Shown piece after piece: positions 29,677 through 39,590 of a stretch of DNA of 63,292 nt (position 1 is its first letter; each line of letters starts with the position of its first letter). The notes below the pieces were generated by a model that saw nothing but the letters and a program-made list of their open reading frames with translations, did no database searches and was not told where the DNA came from. Source of the stretch: an uncultured Bacilli bacterium. Lineage in GTDB: Bacteria; Bacillota_I; Bacilli_A; RF39; UBA660. The position numbers and the translations under genes are program-made. Where the stretch lies: NCBI GenBank assembly GCA_944363915.1, contig CALVVR010000001.1, positions 1 to 63,292 on the forward strand. The letters run 5' to 3'.

Positions 29677-32523
29677 ATGGGACCACTTTACATAAAAACT
29701 GATAATAGTTTATTAAGTAGTTTGATTAAAATTGATGATTTAATTAGTTTTGCTATCAAAAATAATTTAAAAAGTTTAGCTATTACTGATGACAGTATGT
29801 ATGGTGTCTTAGAATTTTATAACAAATGTAAAAAGAATAATATTAAACCAATTATTGGCTTAGAAATAGCCGATATTGTATTATATGCGATTAATTATGA
29901 AGGATATCAAAATTTAATACAACTAAGTACGATTAATTCTAAAAAAAAAGTTGATTTAAATACATTAAGAAAATATAGTGATGAATTAGTTTGTATTGTT
30001 CCATATTATAATCTAGAAAACTATGATAATTATAAGTTTTATAAATATTTATATCAAGGTTATACTAATTTAGATGAAAAGAAAAGTCTAACTGGTAAAA
30101 CAGTTTATTTAAATGAAGTTCTATATTTAGAAGAAAATGATCGTAATTATTTAAAGTATTTATATGCCATTAATAAAGGAGTTAGTGTTAAAGAGATAAA
30201 TATAAATAAGCATGATAATCATTTGTTAAATTATCGATTATATCCTAATGATTGCAATGAAGAAATAATTGATTTATGCAATGTTGTTTTACCTTTTAAA
30301 CAAGATTTATTACCACTTTATAACTGTCCTGATGGTTTAGATAGTTATTCTTATTTAAAGCAATTGGTTATTCAAGGTTTAAAAGATATCTTTGGTGAAA
30401 AAGTAAATAAAGTTTATTTAGATAGACTAAAATATGAATTAAACGTAATTAATCAAATGGGATTTTGTAATTATTTTTTAGTAGTTTGGGATTATGTTAA
30501 GTATGCTAAAGAAAGTGGTATTTTAGTAGGACCGGGTAGAGGAAGTGCCGCTGGATCTTTGGTGGCTTATTGCCTTAAAATTACTACTGTAGATCCCATT
30601 AAATATGATTTATTATTTGAAAGATTTTTAAATTCTGAACGAATTAGTATGCCGGATATTGATATTGATTTTGAATATACAAGAAGAGAAGAAGTTTTGA
30701 ACTATTGTATTAATAAATATGGAATTAAAAAAGTTGCGCCAATTATTACTTTTGGTACACTAGGAAGTAAACAGGTTATAAGGGATGTTGGAAAAGTTTT
30801 AAATATCGATAATAAAATGATAGATACTTTTGCTAAATTATTAGACTCAAGATTAAGTTTATACGAAAATTATCCAAAAATCAAAAAATATATTAAAGAT
30901 AATCTTGAATTAAAAAAATTATATAAAATTGCCTTAAAATTAGAAGGCTTAAAAAGACATACGAGTATTCATGCTGCTGGTGTGGTGATGTCTAAGTATG
31001 ATTTAGATAAAATAATACCTCTTGTTTATCACGATAACTTATATATAACAGGTTATTCGATGGAGTATTTAGAAGATTTAGGACTTCTTAAAATGGATTT
31101 TTTAGCTTTGAAAAATTTAACTTTAATTAATGATATTTTAAAAGAGGTAAATCTTAAGTTTGATGATATACCATTAAATGATGAAAAAGCAATTAAAATA
31201 TTTACCGATGTTGATACAGTAGGAATTTTTCAATTTGAATCAGCTGGGATGATTAACTTTTTAAAAAAGTTTAAAATAAGTAGTTTTGATGATATTGTAG
31301 CAGCGATCGCTTTGTTTCGCCCAGGTCCAATGCAAAATATTGATACATATATCAAAAGAAAAAACTGTTTAGAAAAATATGAAATAATTAAACCTTTAGA
31401 GAAAGTTTTAAAATCAACTTATGGAATTATTATTTATCAAGAACAAATTATGCAAATAGCTCATATTTTAGCTAATTATTCTTTAGCTGAAGCTGATCTT
31501 TTAAGAAAAGCGATGAGTAAGAAAAAAGAAGATATTTTATTAAAAGAAAAAGATAAATTTATTAAGCAAACCATTCAAAATGGTTATACTAAAGAAACTG
31601 CCACTGATATTTACAATTTAATTTTGAAGTTTGCTTCTTATGGTTTTAACAAAGCTCATTCTGTTTCTTATGCTTTAATTTCTTATAAAATGGCTTATTT
31701 AAAGGCCCACTATTATCCAATTTTTATGAAACATTTACTATCGATGGTAATTGGTAGTGAAATAAAAACAAGAGAATATATTAACATGTGTAAAGGTAAA
31801 ATCGATGTTTTAAAGCCAAATATTAATATTAGTGAAGTTGATTATATTATTTTAAAAGATAAAATTATTTATCCTTTAACTAATATTAAAAATGTTGGTT
31901 CGATTGCAGCTAAAGCAATTGTTGAAGAAAGAAAAAAAGGTAAATTTAAAGATATTTTTGACTTTTTTGTCCGTTGTTATGGTAAAAGTATTAATAATAA
32001 GGTAATTGAAAGCTTAAATAAAGCAGGTTGTTTTTTAGAGTTTTGTAACCAAAAAACAATTGATAATAATATGGATGTTTTAATTAATTATAGTGAATTA
32101 GGTGGATTATTAGGTGATTCTTTAAAACCAGAACTAGTTAATTATCAGGAATATTCTAAACAAGAACTATTAAATCGTGAAATCGAAGTATTTGGTACTT
32201 ATTTAAGTAGTCATCCTGTTTTTAATTTAAAAAACAAGATTAAAGCCATAAATTTAAAAGATATTGCTAATTATTATAATAAAACTATTATTGCTTTAGT
32301 TTATATTGAAAAAATAAAAAAAGTGAAAACGAAAAACAATAAAGAAATGATCTTTATAACTGGTAGTGATGAGACTGGTATTTGTGAATTTATTTTGTTT
32401 TCGAATGAATTTTGTGATATAATTATAGGTAGTGTATATATGATAGAAGGCAAGGTTGAAAAAAGATTTGACAAATATCAAATAGTTATTAATCGAATAA
32501 AAAAGATGGAAGATGAAAAGTAA
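29677..32523 (+). CDS. dnaE: DNA polymerase III alpha subunit DnaE (948 aa)
   Basis: PGRGSAAGSLVAYCLKIT, MPDIDIDF, HAAGVV and FNKAHSVSYA are present. The N-terminal PHP motif is degenerate (LYIKTDNSLL instead of HxHxHSxxSLL). Confidence 0.93.
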   Translation: MGPLYIKTDNSLLSSLIKIDDLISFAIKNNLKSLAITDDSMYGVLEFYNKCKKNNIKPIIGLEIADIVLYAINYEGYQNLIQLSTINSKKKVDLNTLRKYSDELVCIVPYYNLENYDNYKFYKYLYQGYTNLDEKKSLTGKTVYLNEVLYLEENDRNYLKYLYAINKGVSVKEININKHDNHLLNYRLYPNDCNEEIIDLCNVVLPFKQDLLPLYNCPDGLDSYSYLKQLVIQGLKDIFGEKVNKVYLDRLKYELNVINQMGFCNYFLVVWDYVKYAKESGILVGPGRGSAAGSLVAYCLKITTVDPIKYDLLFERFLNSERISMPDIDIDFEYTRREEVLNYCINKYGIKKVAPIITFGTLGSKQVIRDVGKVLNIDNKMIDTFAKLLDSRLSLYENYPKIKKYIKDNLELKKLYKIALKLEGLKRHTSIHAAGVVMSKYDLDKIIPLVYHDNLYITGYSMEYLEDLGLLKMDFLALKNLTLINDILKEVNLKFDDIPLNDEKAIKIFTDVDTVGIFQFESAGMINFLKKFKISSFDDIVAAIALFRPGPMQNIDTYIKRKNCLEKYEIIKPLEKVLKSTYGIIIYQEQIMQIAHILANYSLAEADLLRKAMSKKKEDILLKEKDKFIKQTIQNGYTKETATDIYNLILKFASYGFNKAHSVSYALISYKMAYLKAHYYPIFMKHLLSMVIGSEIKTREYINMCKGKIDVLKPNINISEVDYIILKDKIIYPLTNIKNVGSIAAKAIVEERKKGKFKDIFDFFVRCYGKSINNKVIESLNKAGCFLEFCNQKTIDNNMDVLINYSELGGLLGDSLKPELVNYQEYSKQELLNREIEVFGTYLSSHPVFNLKNKIKAINLKDIANYYNKTIIALVYIEKIKKVKTKNNKEMIFITGSDETGICEFILFSNEFCDIIIGSVYMIEGKVEKRFDKYQIVINRIKKMEDEK

Positions 32524-32650
32524 AGGATTTGTTAATTAGATTGTTAGAAATATTAATGATATTGGCTTTAGTTTAATCGATGATGCAAGACATTTGTATT
32601 AGTTATCAAAATTGCAAAGAAGATTTAGATATACTTGGTTATGCAAATAT
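32513..32650 (+). pseudogene. Decayed pilin-like gene remnant overlapping the dnaE stop
   Basis: The ATG at 32513 reads MKSKGFVN*. A shifted frame reads LIRLLEILMILALV* and the next frame reads GFSLIDDARHLY*. Compare the intact pilins MKKGFTLIELLAVIIILAIIALIATPIILNVINDARAS. Confidence 0.45.
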
Positions 32651-32737
32651 ATTGTTACTAGAAAGTAGGATAACTCGAATATATAGATGGACTTGATTAT
32701 TTATGAATTATTTAAGAATTTTAGTTAGGAGAAAGTT

Positions 32738-33100
32738 ATGAAAAATAAAAAATTAGGTTTTACATTAGCTGAGTTATTAGGTGTTATCGTAATACTAGGA
32801 GTAATTACTTTGATTGCAACCGTTGGAATAAATAGTAGTATGAAAAAAAGCAAAGAAGAATTGTATGAACTACAAATTGATAACATAATAAGAGGCGCTA
32901 AAAATTGGGCAAGTGGTAATGTATTTGAACTACCTGCAAATGACGGTGAGGCAATTTACTTAACTTTACAAGAGTTAAAAGCAGCGGGATTTGTTGAGCA
33001 AGATATCACTAATCCTTTGACTAATGAATTATTTAGTGATCAATTACAAGTGAAAATTACGAAAGTTGACAATAATTATAATTATGAGATAGTAGAATAA
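32738..33100 (+). CDS. Type IV pilin / competence pseudopilin-like protein (prepilin N-terminal cleavage/methylation domain)
   Basis: MKNKKLG|FTLAELLGVIVILGVITLIA has the canonical G-F-T-L-x-E class III signal. The protein is 120 aa. Confidence 0.85.
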   Translation: MKNKKLGFTLAELLGVIVILGVITLIATVGINSSMKKSKEELYELQIDNIIRGAKNWASGNVFELPANDGEAIYLTLQELKAAGFVEQDITNPLTNELFSDQLQVKITKVDNNYNYEIVE

Positions 33101-33120
33101 AATATATTAGAGGTGAGAAA

Positions 33121-33852
33121 ATGAATGTATTAGATATAGGAATTATTATTTTTATCATATTTGGAGGTATTTTAGGTTTAAAAAGAGGCTTTACTAAAGA
33201 ACTAGTTGAAGCAGTTGGCTTTATAGTTGTTATTATTATAGCTTATTTTTTAAAAAATCCGTTATCTGTTTTAATGTATGAATATTTACCTTTTTTTAAT
33301 TTTGGATTATTGAAAAATGTTGAAATATTTAATATTTTAATTTATGAAATGCTGGCTTTTATTATTTGTATTGTTGTATTATCGGTAATATTAAGAGTTA
33401 TTTTATTAGCAACTTCAGTTTTTGAAAAAATATTAAATACAACAATTATTTTAGGTATCCCATCAAAGATAGCAGGTGCTTTTGTTGGCTTGATCCATCA
33501 TTTTATTGTGGTATTTATCATTTTATATATTTTATCTATTTTCTGTTTTGATATTGATTTTGTTAACGAATCAGAATTAAAAAATAAAATTTTAAATAAT
33601 ACACCAATACTATCAGATATTGCTGATAAAGGAGTAGAAGTAGTTAACGAATTTTTAGTGTTAAAAGATCAGTATACTGATAAAACAATTAGTGAAAGTG
33701 AATTTAATTATCGAGCAATTGAACTATTCTTAAAATATGACATTATTACACCAGAAGCATTAGAAAAATTAATTGAAAAAGGTAAGATTGATGAATTTGA
33801 TAATTATGGTGATTTAATTAAAACGTATAAGGAGGTTACAAATGGAAATTAA
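33121..33852 (+). CDS. CvpA-family membrane protein
   Basis: The N-terminal MNVLDIGIIIFIIFGGILGLKRGFTKELVEAVGFIVVIIIAYF is typical of CvpA. Multiple TM helices are present. Confidence 0.6.
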   Translation: MNVLDIGIIIFIIFGGILGLKRGFTKELVEAVGFIVVIIIAYFLKNPLSVLMYEYLPFFNFGLLKNVEIFNILIYEMLAFIICIVVLSVILRVILLATSVFEKILNTTIILGIPSKIAGAFVGLIHHFIVVFIILYILSIFCFDIDFVNESELKNKILNNTPILSDIADKGVEVVNEFLVLKDQYTDKTISESEFNYRAIELFLKYDIITPEALEKLIEKGKIDEFDNYGDLIKTYKEVTNGN

Positions 33853-34147
33853 AGATAAAAATGAATTTCAAAATATTATTAATAGCGATTATGCTTTGGT
33901 CGATTTTTTTGCTACTTGGTGCGGGCCATGTAAAATGTTAAGTCCCTTAATTGAAAATATTGCCAATAGTCGTGATAACATTAAAGTTGCCAAAGTTGAT
34001 GTTGATAAACATGAAGACTTAGCTAAAACTTATGGTGTTATGTCAATACCTACTTTAATTTTGTTTAAAAATGGAAAAGTAGTTGCTACTAAAGTCGGGT
34101 TTGTACCTGAGCCGTTATTAAGTGAATGGATCAATAGCAATCGCTAA
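33842..34147 (+). CDS. trxA: Thioredoxin
   Basis: The WCGPCK active site is present. The protein is 101 aa and contains MSIPTLILFKNG. Confidence 0.93.
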   Translation: MEIKDKNEFQNIINSDYALVDFFATWCGPCKMLSPLIENIANSRDNIKVAKVDVDKHEDLAKTYGVMSIPTLILFKNGKVVATKVGFVPEPLLSEWINSNR

Positions 34148-34842
34148 TGCAACGTTATTTTAGTGACATAAAAAAAGATAATTTGTTCTTGTTAAAAGAT
34201 GAAGATTTATATCATATCAAAACAGTTATGCGGATGGGTGTTAATGATAAAGTTGAGGTTGTTTATAAGGAAAAGTTATATATTTGTAAACTAGATAAAG
34301 ATTATAATGCCATTATTGAACAAGAAATAAATAGTACTATAGTTAATAAAATAGAAACGGTGTTATGTGTCCCTATTTTACAAGAACAGAAAATGTCTTT
34401 TATCTTACAAAAAGCGACTGAATTAGGAATTGATTTGATTATTCCTATTTTGACTTTAAGAAGTATGGTTAAAATAGATGGCAAAGAAGATAAAAAGATC
34501 GAACGTTGGCAACGTATTTGTAAAGAAGCTAGTGAGCAATCAAAAAGATTAACAATACCTAAAATAAGTGAAGTAAAAAAAATTACTGAATTGAAAATGG
34601 ATGGTTTGAAAATAGTTTGTAGTACTAAAGAAAAAAATATTACGTTAAAAAAAGTATTAAAAAATAATTTGAAATGTGATAAAATAATAATGGTTGTTGG
34701 TCCCGAAGGTGGATTAACAGAAAAAGAGGAAGAAAACTTAGTTGATCTAGGGTTTATCCCGGTATCATTGGGAAATAATATTTTTCGGGTAGAAACAGTA
34801 CCTATTTATTTACTTAGCATTTTGAATTATGAGATGGAGTGA
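34147..34842 (+). CDS. rsmE: 16S rRNA (uracil1498-N3)-methyltransferase RsmE
   Basis: The protein starts MQRYF. The C-terminal VGPEGGLTEKEEENL...SLGNNIFRVETV is present. The gene is adjacent to mtaB, as in Bacillus yqeU-yqeV. Confidence 0.85.
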   Translation: MQRYFSDIKKDNLFLLKDEDLYHIKTVMRMGVNDKVEVVYKEKLYICKLDKDYNAIIEQEINSTIVNKIETVLCVPILQEQKMSFILQKATELGIDLIIPILTLRSMVKIDGKEDKKIERWQRICKEASEQSKRLTIPKISEVKKITELKMDGLKIVCSTKEKNITLKKVLKNNLKCDKIIMVVGPEGGLTEKEEENLVDLGFIPVSLGNNIFRVETVPIYLLSILNYEME

Positions 34843-34844
34843 TT

Positions 34845-35336
34845 ATGATGAAATTTATTATAGATAACATTTTAGCATATAAGTATGTTTATATTGGATT
34901 GTTAGCTTTACTTTTACTTGTGATAGTTTTAATTATTCTTTTTAAACCGAAAAAGGTAAAGCCTATTGAAGCAAGAATTGATGATGAACCTAAAAATAAT
35001 GATAAAACAGAAATCGAACAAGTAATTGAAGCTTTGGAAGATAATAATGAAAGACGACCAATGACAACTTTTGAAGAGGAGCAAGAGGCCAATGCGATCA
35101 TTAGTTATCAGGAATTGGTACAAGCTGTCAATGAAAAAAAAGCTCGTTTGGAAAAATCTGATGTTCCTAAAAAACTTGAACCGGAAATACCAGCTGAGTT
35201 ATTAGAAAATGTTGAAGAAAAATCAACAGAAACTCCTAAGTTTAAAAATAGTGAATTTATTTCACCAATTTTTGGCAAAGATAGTAACAATGATAATTTT
35301 TTAAAAGAATTAAAAGATTTTAGAAATAATTTATGA
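34845..35336 (+). CDS. Hypothetical single-pass membrane protein with acidic cytoplasmic region
   Basis: An N-terminal TM (YVYIGLLALLLLVIVLIILF) is followed by E/K-rich sequence. No motif was recognised. Confidence 0.5.
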   Translation: MMKFIIDNILAYKYVYIGLLALLLLVIVLIILFKPKKVKPIEARIDDEPKNNDKTEIEQVIEALEDNNERRPMTTFEEEQEANAIISYQELVQAVNEKKARLEKSDVPKKLEPEIPAELLENVEEKSTETPKFKNSEFISPIFGKDSNNDNFLKELKDFRNNL

Positions 35337-36616
35337 AATATTATATAATTAATTTAGGCTGTAAAGTAAATGCTTACGAAGCTAAAGTAATGAGTGATTT
35401 ACTAATTAATGCCGGATTTATTAAAGGAAGTATTGACGATGCGGATATATATGTTGTCAATACTTGTTTTGTTACTAATGTTGCTGAACATAAGTCTTTC
35501 CAAATGATCAGAAAAGCAATTAAACATCATCCTAAATTAGTTATTGTTTGTGGTTGTTTATCACAAATGAAGGAAAAAGAAGTATTAGCAATCGATGGTG
35601 TCGATATTGTTTTAGGAAATAAGGATAAAACAAAAATAATTGAGTATATTAATAATTATAAAAATAAAATTAGTAAAATTTATGATTTATCGAATACTGA
35701 ATTTGAAGATATGCAGTTAAACAATTTTGATAAGACACGAGCTTTTGTTAAGATTCAAGATGGTTGTAATAATTTTTGCTCTTATTGTATTATTCCTTAT
35801 ACACGAGGTAATGTTAGAAGTAAGAAAAAAGAAGATGTTATTAAAGAAATTAAAAATTTAATTAATTATGGACATAAAGAAATTGTCTTAACGGGTATTC
35901 ATACTGGTAATTATCACGATTCTAATTATGATTTTGCTGATCTTTTAAATGATCTTGTTAAAATACCTAATTTAAAACGTCTAAGAATTTCTTCAATTGA
36001 GATTACCGAGATAAATGATCGGATAATTAATATTATTAAAGATAATGATATTTTAGTAGATCATATGCATATACCTTTACAATCTGGTTCTGATCATATC
36101 TTAAAACTAATGAATCGAAAATATGATGTTGCTTATTTTATTAATAAAATAAATAAATTAAGGGAAATTAGGCCTTTAATTTCAATTACTACTGATGTAA
36201 TTGTTGGCTTTCCTTATGAAACAGAAGAGTTATTTAATGAAACAATCAATAATATTAAAAATATTAATTTTACAAAATTACATGTCTTTCCTTATTCTGT
36301 TCGGGAAGGAACTAAAGCTAGCTTGATGACTGAGCAAGTTTCAGAAACTGTAAAAAAAGAACGAGTTAAAAAATTGTTAAATTTGTCAAAAGAATTAGAA
36401 GAGAATTATTTTAATCAATTTGTTGGTAAGTATGTAGATTTTATTCCTGAAACTTATAAGGATGGTTACTTGTATGGTCATACCGGTAATTATTTAGCAA
36501 TTAAGACTTTAGGTGATAAAAGTTTGTTAAACAAGATAATTAAAGTAAAGATTGAAATGTTAGATTACCCATATTGTGTGTCTAGTATATGTCAAGACAA
36601 TGTTGACATGAAGTAA
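35333..36616 (+). CDS. mtaB: tRNA (N6-threonylcarbamoyladenosine37) methylthiotransferase MtaB (YqeV-like radical SAM)
   Basis: LGCKVNAYEA is present, and the radical-SAM motif CNNFCSYCIIPYTRG. A C-terminal TRAM-like region follows. Confidence 0.85.
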   Translation: MKYYIINLGCKVNAYEAKVMSDLLINAGFIKGSIDDADIYVVNTCFVTNVAEHKSFQMIRKAIKHHPKLVIVCGCLSQMKEKEVLAIDGVDIVLGNKDKTKIIEYINNYKNKISKIYDLSNTEFEDMQLNNFDKTRAFVKIQDGCNNFCSYCIIPYTRGNVRSKKKEDVIKEIKNLINYGHKEIVLTGIHTGNYHDSNYDFADLLNDLVKIPNLKRLRISSIEITEINDRIINIIKDNDILVDHMHIPLQSGSDHILKLMNRKYDVAYFINKINKLREIRPLISITTDVIVGFPYETEELFNETINNIKNINFTKLHVFPYSVREGTKASLMTEQVSETVKKERVKKLLNLSKELEENYFNQFVGKYVDFIPETYKDGYLYGHTGNYLAIKTLGDKSLLNKIIKVKIEMLDYPYCVSSICQDNVDMK

Positions 36617-36648
36617 GTTTTGTATTATACTAAAAATAGGTGATATTT

Positions 36649-37089
36649 ATGAAAAAATATAAATTGCAACGAAAAAGTTTTACAAATGTTGTTTTTAATA
36701 ATTTTTCTGCCACATTAAAAAGTTTTGGTGCTTTCGTTGGTTGTAGTTCATTAACGGGAATAAGTTATGGTATTGTTAGAAGTTTTGCCTTAGCTGATCA
36801 AAGCCGTGGTGTAGTAGAAGATAATGGTGGAATAGCGCCGATTTTGTTCTTTTGTTTTTCGATCTACTATGCTAAACAATTATATGATAACTTTAAAAAA
36901 GATAAAGCAAGATTTCTACGATTAGCAGATGAAATAGAAAAAGATCGTCAACGAAAAAGAAGGTTAAATGAAAATGTTGAAACACAGAAATATACTCCAT
37001 CTGACGATTCCGAATATATTGAAGGCTCTACAGCGGGAAAAAGAAAATCACTAAACAATGGAATTTTCAAATCTAATGATATTTACTAA
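36649..37089 (+). CDS. Hypothetical membrane protein
   Basis: Two hydrophobic segments are followed by a basic tail. No motif was recognised. Confidence 0.45.
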   Translation: MKKYKLQRKSFTNVVFNNFSATLKSFGAFVGCSSLTGISYGIVRSFALADQSRGVVEDNGGIAPILFFCFSIYYAKQLYDNFKKDKARFLRLADEIEKDRQRKRRLNENVETQKYTPSDDSEYIEGSTAGKRKSLNNGIFKSNDIY

Positions 37090-37138
37090 GATAGATTTTT
37101 CTATCTTTTTTTGATATAATTAAAAAGGTGTTTAGTTT

Positions 37139-39343
37139 ATGAAATTATATATTAAAGGAAATTATCGTAAAACAATTTTTTCGTCCAATAAAGGCTATGT
37201 TATTGGTCTTTTTAAGGTTAGAGAAACTAATGATGAAGAAATGAAATTATATATTAATAAATCGGTAACTTTTACTGGCTATTTTCATGAATTAAATGAG
37301 GATGATATGTACTGTTTTTATGGTGAAACTGTCGATCATCCAAAATATGGAATTCAATTTCAAGTAAGTGATTACGAACGCTTGAAGCCAGAAGACGAAG
37401 ATGGGCTAGTTGCTTTTTTAGCTAGTGATTTATTTAAAGGTATTGGCATTACTTTAGCTAAATCAATTGTCGATACATTAGGCAAAAATGTTTTAGATGA
37501 AATTTTAAAAGATGAAAGTTGTTTATTATTAGTTCCAAAAATGACTTCTAAAAAGGCTCATAAAATTTATGAAACATTATCAAAATATGAAGAGAGCCAT
37601 CAAATGATAGTTTATTTGACTGATTTGGGATTTAATATGAAGGATGCTTTGGATATATATAATATTTATAAAAAAGATACAATTGCCAATATTGAACACA
37701 ATCCTTATAGATTAATTGAAGATGCTGATGTAAATTTTGTTAAAGTTGATGAAATCGCTTTAAAATTTAATATTGAAGTTAATGACGAAAGAAGAATTAA
37801 GGCTTGTATACTTTATATTATGAATAAAATATTATTTGCTAATAGTGATACTTATTTAATTTATGATGAAATTGTCGAAGGTGTTTTTAATTATTTAAAA
37901 ATCGATTTAGACATACATGAGTTTGATTTACTGTTAAAAGAGTTGATTGACGAAAATAAAATTGTGTTATTAGAAGATAAATATTATTTAAAAGATATGT
38001 ATGATTCGGAAACTAATATTGTTAAAGAAATAAGTTATTTAATTAATCATAATATTTCTAAAAAAAATTTAGATAAAAGTATAGAAAAATTAGAAATAGT
38101 TAACAATATTAAGTATAATGACAAACAAAAAGAAGCGATAAAAAAATCTTTAGAAAATAATATTACGATAATTACTGGTGGCCCTGGAACGGGGAAAACA
38201 ACGATTATTAAAGCTATTTGTGAATTATATATAGAGATAAATAAATTAGATTTGGATACTGCTTCTAATAAGATTGCTTTATTAGCGCCAACAGGTCGAG
38301 CTAGTAAAAGAATGAGTGAATCAACTTTACTACCAGCAAGCACGATTCATCGTTTTTTAAAATGGAATAAAGAAACTAATGAATTTTCCGTTAATGAATA
38401 TAATAAAGCAATGCATAATTTAATTATTATTGATGAAGTCAGTATGATTGATTTAAAATTATTAGATTGTTTATTTAGAGGGTTAACAAGAAATATAAAG
38501 CTAGTTTTAGTTGGCGATCATCATCAGTTACCTTCAGTAGGACCTGGGAATATTTTAAAAGATTTAATTGAAAGTGATTTAATTGATACTGTTTATTTAA
38601 ATACTTTATATCGTCAAGATGAAAATTCATATATTCCAACTTTAGCTCAAGAGATTAAAGATAATGCTTTAAGTGAAAATTTTTTAGAAACAAAAAGCGA
38701 TTATACATTTTTAAAATGTAGTAGTTTATCAATTAAAGAAAATTTAAAAAATTTATGTCATCAATTAGTTGATAAGGGTTATGATTATAAAAGAGTTCAA
38801 ATAATGGCTCCGATGTACGCTGGTATTAATGGCATTGACAATCTAAATAAAGAATTACAAGAAGTGTTTAATCCTAGTGATAGTACTAAAAACGAAATAA
38901 AATACGGTGACGTTATTTATCGGGAAAGCGATAAAGTTTTACAATTAGTTAATATGCCAGAAGAAAATATTTATAATGGTGATATTGGTGTGATTAAAAA
39001 TATTTTAAAAATTGATCGAAAAACTTTTATTTATATAGATTTTGATGGTAATTTAGTTAAATATGAAAGTAAAGATTTAAATAAAATAACTCATGGTTTT
39101 ATTATTTCAATTCATAAGGCTCAAGGAAGTGAATTTGAACTTATTATTATGCCAATATGTAATAGTTACAAAAGAATGCTATATCGAAAATTAGTTTATA
39201 CTGGAATTACTAGAGCTAAAAAGAAATTGATTTTAATTGGTGAACCACAAGCTTTTATTTATGCAGTTAATAATAATAATGAAGTTGCACGAAAGACTAA
39301 TTTATTAGAACGATTAAAGAATAATATCTTAAACAATGGTTAA
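37139..39343 (+). CDS. recD2: SF1B ATP-dependent helicase RecD2 (RecD/TraA family, YrrC-like)
   Basis: Walker A GGPGTGKTT, LVLVGDHHQLPSVGPGN, SIHKAQGSEF and YTGITRAKKKL are present. Confidence 0.9.
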   Translation: MKLYIKGNYRKTIFSSNKGYVIGLFKVRETNDEEMKLYINKSVTFTGYFHELNEDDMYCFYGETVDHPKYGIQFQVSDYERLKPEDEDGLVAFLASDLFKGIGITLAKSIVDTLGKNVLDEILKDESCLLLVPKMTSKKAHKIYETLSKYEESHQMIVYLTDLGFNMKDALDIYNIYKKDTIANIEHNPYRLIEDADVNFVKVDEIALKFNIEVNDERRIKACILYIMNKILFANSDTYLIYDEIVEGVFNYLKIDLDIHEFDLLLKELIDENKIVLLEDKYYLKDMYDSETNIVKEISYLINHNISKKNLDKSIEKLEIVNNIKYNDKQKEAIKKSLENNITIITGGPGTGKTTIIKAICELYIEINKLDLDTASNKIALLAPTGRASKRMSESTLLPASTIHRFLKWNKETNEFSVNEYNKAMHNLIIIDEVSMIDLKLLDCLFRGLTRNIKLVLVGDHHQLPSVGPGNILKDLIESDLIDTVYLNTLYRQDENSYIPTLAQEIKDNALSENFLETKSDYTFLKCSSLSIKENLKNLCHQLVDKGYDYKRVQIMAPMYAGINGIDNLNKELQEVFNPSDSTKNEIKYGDVIYRESDKVLQLVNMPEENIYNGDIGVIKNILKIDRKTFIYIDFDGNLVKYESKDLNKITHGFIISIHKAQGSEFELIIMPICNSYKRMLYRKLVYTGITRAKKKLILIGEPQAFIYAVNNNNEVARKTNLLERLKNNILNNG

Positions 39344-39398
39344 AATAAAAATGTATGTTTATACATACCTTCATTTTTTCTATTAAAGAGGTGATAAC

Positions 39399-39554
39399 AT
39401 GAAAGAAACTCTAAAAAGTATGATGTTGATTGGAATTGGTATCGGAGCATCTGTTGCTTATCAAAAGTATAGTAAACCAGTAATGAAAAAAATGGAAAAA
39501 TTTGCTAACAAAACAATGAGTAAAGTAAATAACAATTTAGAAGAAATGATGTAA
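39399..39554 (+). CDS. Small membrane protein (51 aa, not in the ORF track)
   Basis: An RBS AAGAGGTG precedes the ATG. The translation is MKETLKSMMLIGIGIGASVAYQKYSKPVMKKMEKFANKTMSKVNNNLEEMM*. A terminator follows. Confidence 0.5.
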   Translation: MKETLKSMMLIGIGIGASVAYQKYSKPVMKKMEKFANKTMSKVNNNLEEMM

Positions 39555-39557
39555 TTT

Positions 39558-39584
39558 AAAAACTTCCTTAACGGGAAGTTTTTA
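39558..39584. terminator. Bidirectional terminator between the small ORF and convergent glmS
   Basis: The stem AAAACTTCC/GGAAGTTTT has A and T flanks. Confidence 0.65.
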
Positions 39585-39590
39585 AGTAAT

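Noticed and set aside
37139-39343. RecD2 helicase plus flanking small membrane ORFs as a defence module.
   Set aside because: This is the standard housekeeping YrrC/RecD2 of Firmicutes in a core-gene context (rsmE-mtaB upstream). No nuclease or sensor partner is present.
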